DNA from: Vallitalea okinawensis | GTDB taxonomy: Bacteria > Bacillota > Clostridia > Lachnospirales > PQDH01 | DNA: 64,000 nt | Assembly: GCF_002964605.1 (NCBI RefSeq) | Contig: NZ_PQDH01000002.1 | Coordinates: 541,090-605,089 of the forward strand | Direction of reading: 5' to 3' | In this document: positions 57,834 through 64,000 of the stretch, in pieces | Layout: the number at the start of each line of letters is the position of its first letter | How positions within the stretch are numbered: position 1 is the stretch's first letter | Notes under the pieces: generated by a model | Told to the model about the DNA's origin: nothing | The model's input: only the letters and a program-made list of their open reading frames with translations | The model's database searches: none | Translations under genes and position numbers: made by a program

Positions 57834-58520
57834 TTACTCTGCCTTGATCTTATGGATTTGAAGATTTTCATATTCAGCAATTAGGGGTGCCATCTGTCTA
57901 AATCCAATCTTCCCATCTTTAAGAATATTACCATATGATTCCCCATCATCCTTCCACGAGAATAATTTAAGATTATTTTCATCGTTAGCTATGTAAAATT
58001 CCACGATAGAACCATACTTAACGATTTTAATCCTATAAGGACCTTGGGCTAAGTTGACTGATGGAATTGGATCTGCGCCCTGTGCTACTAAGTTAAAACC
58101 ATGGCTCTTTCTAAGATTGCACACATTGTATGATCTTTGTGCTCTTCGTCTGAAATAGGATACATGGAGAGCATTTATATCACTGCTATGATACTGTGGG
58201 TACATGCCTTCTCTTTTGCTTAAAGAGGGACTAAAAATACTTTCACCATTTCTCCCTTTAGCGGCAAAAAACATTATGGCTAACCCAACATCACTTAAAG
58301 GATAAAAATCCCAAGAAATCTCAATGTTATCCGGAAAATCCTTATCGCACCAGAACACAATATTTGATCGTTGTAATTCTGAGGGATCAAGGACACTTTC
58401 AAGTCTCATCCTTTTCATAGGAAAAGTTACAGCACCGAAACCCTCCATCTTAAAATCTTTAACATCTTCTTGACAGGATAACTTGTTCGAATAAATTAAC
58501 TCCGTTCTACTATATCTCAT
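57834..58520 (-). CDS. DUF1961 (YesU-like, concanavalin-like fold) protein
   Basis: 228 aa. Size and motifs such as ...KIGFRQMA... resemble YesU-type proteins found in Bacillus pectin/glycan loci. Assigned from memory. Confidence 0.45.
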   Translation of the reverse strand: MRYSRTELIYSNKLSCQEDVKDFKMEGFGAVTFPMKRMRLESVLDPSELQRSNIVFWCDKDFPDNIEISWDFYPLSDVGLAIMFFAAKGRNGESIFSPSLSKREGMYPQYHSSDINALHVSYFRRRAQRSYNVCNLRKSHGFNLVAQGADPIPSVNLAQGPYRIKIVKYGSIVEFYIANDENNLKLFSWKDDGESYGNILKDGKIGFRQMAPLIAEYENLQIHKIKAE

Positions 58521-58570
58521 ATTTTTACACCTCAGATAATAGATTTGTCAACATCTTGTGAAACCATGAT

Positions 58571-59641
58571 TCATGATAACTCTGAAATATCAGCATATAC
58601 CACTTCAACTTTATGATCATTGACTGGATGAACAAAATAAACTCTTTTACCATCTCTTGAAAACACAGGATTTGCGTGTGCACGCCCCTCCCAAACAGGA
58701 GTAGTATAATCACTACTATCAAGTACTGCTATAGGCTTTATCTCATGACATCTATATAAGTTGACCTCTACTGGTGCTTCATGATAAAAGTTATCACTTA
58801 CATACCATTTTTTATCTGGAGATAGGTCAATATGATTACCCTTTCCTGCCAATAACCTAATTTGATTTCCAGTTAAATCGTATTGATAGATCTTTCTATC
58901 ACTCTTATCGTTTTTATTAACAGCAATAATCGTATTGTCATCAAACCATAATTGATGTAAAGGTTTGTTTGGAATAATAAAGTGTTCATTCTTGGATAAA
59001 TCTTTAGTAACAATAACCTTGCATTCCTCTAAAACTAATCTGATCATGACTTTATCCGCTGATGGATTTAATTGAACATGAGACACACTACTATCATCTA
59101 TTGGTGTATAGCCTTTCTGTCGGATAAAATCAAAAATTTCACCTATTGGTACAAGTTTCTCTATTTTCATAGTCTTCATATCCAGTTGGTAGATACCGGG
59201 TTCATCAATATTTGAATGGTCACTATTATGTTTAATATGTTGCTCCTTTACAGCAAAGGGTATTTTGCTTTTTTCAGCTTGATGGCCTAAAGAAGCTGCA
59301 ACAGGTCCATACATAACTTCTTTTGAATGAACATTCATTACTGAAAACTGACTTATGCCCTCATTGCTGATTTCCTGAAAAATTATGTGGTCATTATCAA
59401 CCCATGATGTATCTGCTCCATTGTGTTGATTGATTAATACATCTGTGACTTTCATATGATTTTCGAGATCAACGTCGCATATCCATATTTCTAAATTTAC
59501 TGGTTTATTATCTTTTGACAAATCTTTAATTTTTGCATAACATAATCGTTTTCCATCTGGACTCTCTGGACAAGTGCCATTATAGCCCATTACTGTAGAT
59601 TCTTGCCCCTTGTAAATAGGTACTAATGTGAGATTTTTCAT
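58571..59641 (-). CDS. TolB-like beta-propeller protein, possibly an oligouronide lyase (PL22-like)
   Basis: 356 aa, beta-strand-rich repeats, cytoplasmic. The lyase call rests only on the neighbouring GH88 and the beta-propeller character. Confidence 0.4.
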   Translation of the reverse strand: MKNLTLVPIYKGQESTVMGYNGTCPESPDGKRLCYAKIKDLSKDNKPVNLEIWICDVDLENHMKVTDVLINQHNGADTSWVDNDHIIFQEISNEGISQFSVMNVHSKEVMYGPVAASLGHQAEKSKIPFAVKEQHIKHNSDHSNIDEPGIYQLDMKTMKIEKLVPIGEIFDFIRQKGYTPIDDSSVSHVQLNPSADKVMIRLVLEECKVIVTKDLSKNEHFIIPNKPLHQLWFDDNTIIAVNKNDKSDRKIYQYDLTGNQIRLLAGKGNHIDLSPDKKWYVSDNFYHEAPVEVNLYRCHEIKPIAVLDSSDYTTPVWEGRAHANPVFSRDGKRVYFVHPVNDHKVEVVYADISELS

Positions 59642-59667
59642 TATTTATCATCATTCCTTTCATTTTT

Positions 59668-61464
59668 CTAATACCTTCTTGCTAATAACCTTAAGAAATA
59701 GGCTGCCATATCCTTTTTGTCATCTGGTAAAACTTCCACAGCAAATTTTTCCACATGTTCAACGGTTATTTTCTTATGTTTATTGACGAACTGCTTCTGA
59801 AACTCTTCTCTTATTTCATCTCGTTCTTCTCTACTACTCATGTTCATGAGAGCAACAAATTCTTCTCTGGCATAATCATCCCACTGTATATCTATACCAA
59901 AATCAACTTGAAAAGCTTTCTCATACTCTTGTTTTTGTAACATTAAGTCTTCTCTTGTTATATGACCTTTTTCCGAAATTCCTAAGCTATTAAATCCCTC
60001 TGGTTGTACATCATTTTCCTTCATCAATGTTACCATCTCTTTAATCATAACCATTTCTTTATGGATATCATCTATAGGCTTCAATTGCCCTGGATCCTCT
60101 TTTACGTTGTACAAAACAGAAGGAAAACGATAATAACTGTTTATTCCATCTACTTTTATCTTTAAACACTGAATACCCTTGGTAAAACTTAATGCATCCG
60201 TAAGGCTCATATCTTGTAGTTCGCTAATTCTAAAACGACTTCTAAGATGGGTTGGCATTAAGGTGTATTCATAGAGATATTCTTCTTCAAGCTGACTTGG
60301 GGAACGCATATAAACATATCGCCCGTCGGTTATATTAACCTGTTTTCCATGATAGCCATAGAGTACATAATCATGTATCTTCTCGTTATTTTGAATGGTC
60401 TTTGCTAAAGATTTTCCTAGCATATCCTTTGGAATTTCCATATCAAAAAAGTCCAGTATGGTAGGGGCAATATCGATGGTTTGAGCCAAGGCATCCCTTC
60501 TATCGCCAGCACATTTTTGTTTAGGGTTCCATATGAAAAAGGGGATGTGCGCTATTTCATTATAGACAGGCATAATGTTTTTAGACCACCAATCATGCTC
60601 TCCTAGTAAAAAGCCATGGTCTGTGCAAACAATCAACATGGTGTCTTCCCACATATTATAGGCATCCATTTTATCTAAGACTTTACCTAGATAATGATCA
60701 CACATGGATACCAGCGCTGCATATTCACATCGTATGTGATCTCTAGCTTCCTCTCCTTCAGTCAACATGTAATGGTCCGGCCAATCAAAAGGGTTTCCTT
60801 TATAATCATGATGATACAGCTCTCTAAATCTTTCTGGTGTATAATAAGGTTCGTGAGGATCAAATTCTTCTATTTGCAAAAACCATTGGTCCTCATCTTT
60901 ATTTTCTTCTATGAACTCCAGAGCATCTTTAAAAACACGGGCTTGGCTAAATTTTTCTTCTGTATCCATATACTTTCTATTCGTATATTCCTGTGCCCAC
61001 ATATAACTTGCATCCCCTTCACTTGAAGATTGAAAGAGTCTTTGGGGAGCAATAGCCTTTTCAGGTATTGGGGGCTTTTTTAATGAACTCTTCCACGGCT
61101 CACCTTCTTGTCCCCTTTCAAATTCCCATGTATTATACCTTCCATGATAGGTTGCTCCTCCGTCAGCCCAATAGAAGGGATGATCGGAAATTAAATGCGT
61201 GTATATACCATTTTTCTTTAATATTTCTGGCATGGAATCATCATATGGTTCAAGAGGTCCCCAGCTCCTATGAAGGAAATTATATCTTCCTGTATGTAAC
61301 TCTCTTCTTGCTGGCATACAAGGAAGACTCCCCGCGTAAAACTGATCAAAGGTCACTGTTTTTTCCCCTAGCCTTTTAAAGTTTGGAGCAACAGTAAAAT
61401 CACACCCATAGTTGGGTAAATAATGTCTATTTAAACTATCAAACATCAACATTATAGCTCGCAT
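59668..61464 (-). CDS. sulfatase-family hydrolase (alkaline-phosphatase superfamily)
   Basis: 598 aa. CxPxR in SLPCMPARRELHTGRY and VCTDHGFLLGEHDWWSK block. The N-terminal metal-ligand region (MFDSLN) is divergent. Confidence 0.75.
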   Translation of the reverse strand: MRAIMLMFDSLNRHYLPNYGCDFTVAPNFKRLGEKTVTFDQFYAGSLPCMPARRELHTGRYNFLHRSWGPLEPYDDSMPEILKKNGIYTHLISDHPFYWADGGATYHGRYNTWEFERGQEGEPWKSSLKKPPIPEKAIAPQRLFQSSSEGDASYMWAQEYTNRKYMDTEEKFSQARVFKDALEFIEENKDEDQWFLQIEEFDPHEPYYTPERFRELYHHDYKGNPFDWPDHYMLTEGEEARDHIRCEYAALVSMCDHYLGKVLDKMDAYNMWEDTMLIVCTDHGFLLGEHDWWSKNIMPVYNEIAHIPFFIWNPKQKCAGDRRDALAQTIDIAPTILDFFDMEIPKDMLGKSLAKTIQNNEKIHDYVLYGYHGKQVNITDGRYVYMRSPSQLEEEYLYEYTLMPTHLRSRFRISELQDMSLTDALSFTKGIQCLKIKVDGINSYYRFPSVLYNVKEDPGQLKPIDDIHKEMVMIKEMVTLMKENDVQPEGFNSLGISEKGHITREDLMLQKQEYEKAFQVDFGIDIQWDDYAREEFVALMNMSSREERDEIREEFQKQFVNKHKKITVEHVEKFAVEVLPDDKKDMAAYFLRLLARRY

Positions 61465-61491
61465 TGCATCATCGCCTTTATACTAAAACTT

Positions 61492-63417
61492 TTATTTCGC
61501 ATGAACCCAGATAGGACTGGACCATGCCATTTGATTGTCTATTTGAACTACCTTTATATAGAACCAGCTATCGGTTTGGACATCCAGTTGACCATCCAGT
61601 TCAAGATATCTCTTGTTATCCTTGTATTCCCATATTCTCCGTGTACCTAAAGAGGAAACCAATTCAACATATGAAATGGGTGCTGTACCGCCTACTTTTA
61701 TAGTATATGTACAGGTTTGACTTACATCTTTGTCGTATTCACTTCCCATTAGTTGCCCATCGATTCTAAAGTCAAGGAATATACGTGCACCAGAGGTTGC
61801 GTAGCAACGACGATGATACATCCCATCATAGATGGCTTCTCTTGTTAATTCAGGTGCTAAAACTGCTGCAAGTCCGCCGCTATACACTAAGTTCGTAAAG
61901 CGTGAAGGGGTTGCCGATAAACCTGGTGCACCGTTATGATTATCACTTGATGAGATGAACCCTACTTTATATCCCTTATTAAGAATATCAATGGCTGACA
62001 GTCCAGTTTCAGCTTTCCTTGGTGAAGTCAGATAATTATTAAAGGCTGAATCATAATCTTCACTTGTACAATGCATGGAGTACATTTCGATGACCCTTGA
62101 GTATTTATCATTATCAAGATGTGGCTGTGTACCCCATATAATATGATGATGTGGAATCACAAGGGCTTCATGACCTTCTAAGTAGTCATACAATTCAGCT
62201 AATGTTTCTCCTCTAAACAGTCCAGGTGCAATACCTCTAAAATAGATATTTCTATGTCCCACATAATCCCTAAGAATATTCTGTTCAAAGGCTTGGATGG
62301 TAACAAAATTACCTGGCTTATTGTAGGCTTCACATGCTGCTTGTATCTGTTCATAAGCTTCATCGCTCATTTGTTTGGTAAAGGGTCCTTCTATGTAACT
62401 TGCTTCAACACAGTTGTGGTCAGCAATAGCTGCAAAATCCAGTAATGCTACCTCCTTTGCATGTTTAAAATAATCCATAGGGCTGTTAAGACCATCACTT
62501 AGGTTGGTTTTTGCATGGGTATCCCCAAAGTACACATTCATTTCTTTTTCGTGGTCAAGGACTATTTCATTGGTAACACCTTTTAAATTAAGTTGCCTGT
62601 TAAAAAGTACAAACTCACAACTGTTTCCTTCTTTTGGAGCTTTCACTGTTACTTCCCCATAGCCCATGGCATCTTTTTTTATGTTGGCTTTCCCTATTGG
62701 AACCGCAGGGTCCTTGGTAGAAAATGCAAACACCTCATGTTCTTTATATGGGAATGAGCGATTATTACAAAAATCCAGAGCTGAAAACTTTATTTTTATA
62801 TCTTCCCCAGGCTTAACAGTGGCAGGTCCAGTAGTATTAAGCCATGCAGCAGGTGCTGCATTGATGATGGGTTTTTGTGTAGCTTTTGAATGAACAACTT
62901 TATAATCACCATCTGACTTGTAATCAATGATAACACGCATGGAACTTCTCCAATTTGTATATTCCCGTTGTGGAAAACGCTGAATGGTAACATCTTTATA
63001 ATGAACCTTAATGACATCATTATCACTACTTGTATTTTTAACATTGATCCACCATTGAAGATTCCTGTTATGGGTCATATAACTTTCTAATTCATGCCCC
63101 TCTTTATCAAGTACTTTTACGAATCCAGGAGAGTTTTCATCTTCTGTCTGTGGTTGTGTCCATGTCCTTGGAATACTGAATTTAACTGTACTGTTGTCTT
63201 CTAATAACTGATCCGTATCATAATAGGTTAAAGCTATATCATAGGTATGACCGACTATTAATGGTTGGTTCGGTACAAACCTTGTGTACCCTGTTGTGAA
63301 CTTTAATCCTCTTCCTTCAGGAAGCTTTGCAATAAAGTTTGAATAAGCTTCTTCTTCTTCAAGTTTCTTTTCACCATATATTGGATCAAAATAGAATTTA
63401 TCTCCCACTAAAATCAT
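61492..63417 (-). CDS. large PHP-like metallohydrolase (DUF3604-like)
   Basis: 641 aa. Central NVYFGDTHAKTNLSDG ... AIADHN ... IPHHHIIWG histidine-rich motifs. N-terminal about 280 aa is beta-rich, possibly Ig-like or carbohydrate-binding. Confidence 0.45.
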   Translation of the reverse strand: MILVGDKFYFDPIYGEKKLEEEEAYSNFIAKLPEGRGLKFTTGYTRFVPNQPLIVGHTYDIALTYYDTDQLLEDNSTVKFSIPRTWTQPQTEDENSPGFVKVLDKEGHELESYMTHNRNLQWWINVKNTSSDNDVIKVHYKDVTIQRFPQREYTNWRSSMRVIIDYKSDGDYKVVHSKATQKPIINAAPAAWLNTTGPATVKPGEDIKIKFSALDFCNNRSFPYKEHEVFAFSTKDPAVPIGKANIKKDAMGYGEVTVKAPKEGNSCEFVLFNRQLNLKGVTNEIVLDHEKEMNVYFGDTHAKTNLSDGLNSPMDYFKHAKEVALLDFAAIADHNCVEASYIEGPFTKQMSDEAYEQIQAACEAYNKPGNFVTIQAFEQNILRDYVGHRNIYFRGIAPGLFRGETLAELYDYLEGHEALVIPHHHIIWGTQPHLDNDKYSRVIEMYSMHCTSEDYDSAFNNYLTSPRKAETGLSAIDILNKGYKVGFISSSDNHNGAPGLSATPSRFTNLVYSGGLAAVLAPELTREAIYDGMYHRRCYATSGARIFLDFRIDGQLMGSEYDKDVSQTCTYTIKVGGTAPISYVELVSSLGTRRIWEYKDNKRYLELDGQLDVQTDSWFYIKVVQIDNQMAWSSPIWVHAK

Positions 63418-63429
63418 CCTTTCAGCACC

Positions 63430-64000
63430 TTAAAACCATATTTTGATTGTCTTTATCTCGTAGGGTTTTATCTCTATTGGTATAGTATTAACTTTTACAT
63501 CAACACTACTTAATTCTTCTTCCATCATGGTACATTCATAGGCTTTCTTAATATTAAAGCATGTGGTTAGTAGAACTTCACTTCTTCTATTAAATGCCTC
63601 ATATAGTCTTATAATCAATGCATCATCATCTTCAGCCTTCTTTACGGTTTCAATAATGACATTATCTTGATCAACAGACATAAAGGAGAAATGATTTTCA
63701 ATCTGACCTTCTTGTACCGTTAATGTCTTCGTCATCAACTCAAAGTTCAAATCATAACCCATCTTATGGGTATTGGCTGATCTCCAGCCTTCTTTATGAG
63801 GATAAAGAGCGTATGTAAACTGATGAACTTCCCTATCTGCCTTATCATATGGAAACATACCTGACTTTAATAAGGTAAGTCGCATGGTGTTATCGTGTAT
63901 ATCGCAGCCATACTTTGAATCATTTAAAAGACTAACCCCATAGCCATCCTCAGAAAGATCCATCCACTTATGGCTACATACTTCAAAACGTGCTTCATCC
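63430..64000 (-). CDS. GH38 alpha-mannosidase, C-terminal part (gene continues beyond the window end)
   Basis: ...GYGVSLLNDSKYGCDIHDNTMRLTLLKSGMFPYDKADREVHQFTYALYPH... matches the conserved GH38 C-terminal domain. Reading frame is open to position 64000. Confidence 0.6.
   Translation of the reverse strand, partial: DEARFEVCSHKWMDLSEDGYGVSLLNDSKYGCDIHDNTMRLTLLKSGMFPYDKADREVHQFTYALYPHKEGWRSANTHKMGYDLNFELMTKTLTVQEGQIENHFSFMSVDQDNVIIETVKKAEDDDALIIRLYEAFNRRSEVLLTTCFNIKKAYECTMMEEELSSVDVKVNTIPIEIKPYEIKTIKIWF

Noticed and set aside
58525-58722. 65-aa minus-strand ORF
   Set aside because: It lies inside the 3' end of the longer, better-supported beta-propeller ORF 58571..59641 in another frame.
1-64000. 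CRISPR arrays, tRNA/rRNA genes, IS elements, prophage
   Set aside because: I found no regularly spaced direct repeats, cloverleaf-like tRNA signatures, transposase or integrase-like ORFs, or terminal inverted repeats. The only duplicated DNA is the 49846-50180 / 52241-52525 pair and the paralogous genes at 22408-24676.

Overview
The window is low-GC (about 30%) and densely coding, with the gene content typical of a Clostridia-type Firmicute. I found no rRNA, tRNA, CRISPR array, transposase or integrase. Most of it is accessory carbohydrate and energy metabolism.

(1) A PadR regulator sits with two membrane proteins built from a repeated two-helix (2TM) hairpin and an HxxxDG acyltransferase.

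(2) A sulfated-glycan utilisation cluster holds a GH31 hydrolase, a formylglycine-type sulfatase, a sugar ABC transporter and a YesN/YesM-type two-component system. It also has an extra sensor module that lacks a kinase.

(3) An OmpR-type two-component system lies next to two tandem, near-identical secreted proteins built from a novel repeat domain.

(4) A flotillin and NfeD/YqiJ-like pair is followed closely by a 1657-aa cytoplasmic protein whose only recognisable motif is an internal AAA_5 (MoxR/McrB/dynein-type) NTPase. This is my best candidate for an undescribed system.

(5) A catabolic island has two copies of ETF-beta, ETF-alpha and an FAD-linked oxidase (the electron-bifurcating LctBCD-like pattern). 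It also carries a GlpP-like antiterminator, an FGGY kinase, an MFS transporter and a KduD-like SDR.

(6) A gene for an ACP fused to an alpha-oxoamine synthase (serine palmitoyltransferase-like) is bracketed by an intact HGSNAT-like membrane gene and a decayed partial copy of that same gene.

(7) A second glycan-utilisation block holds three sulfatases, GH88 and GH38 hydrolases, a DUF1961 protein, a beta-propeller protein and three PHP-fold metallohydrolases.

Every assignment comes from motif recognition in the translated ORFs. No database search was possible.
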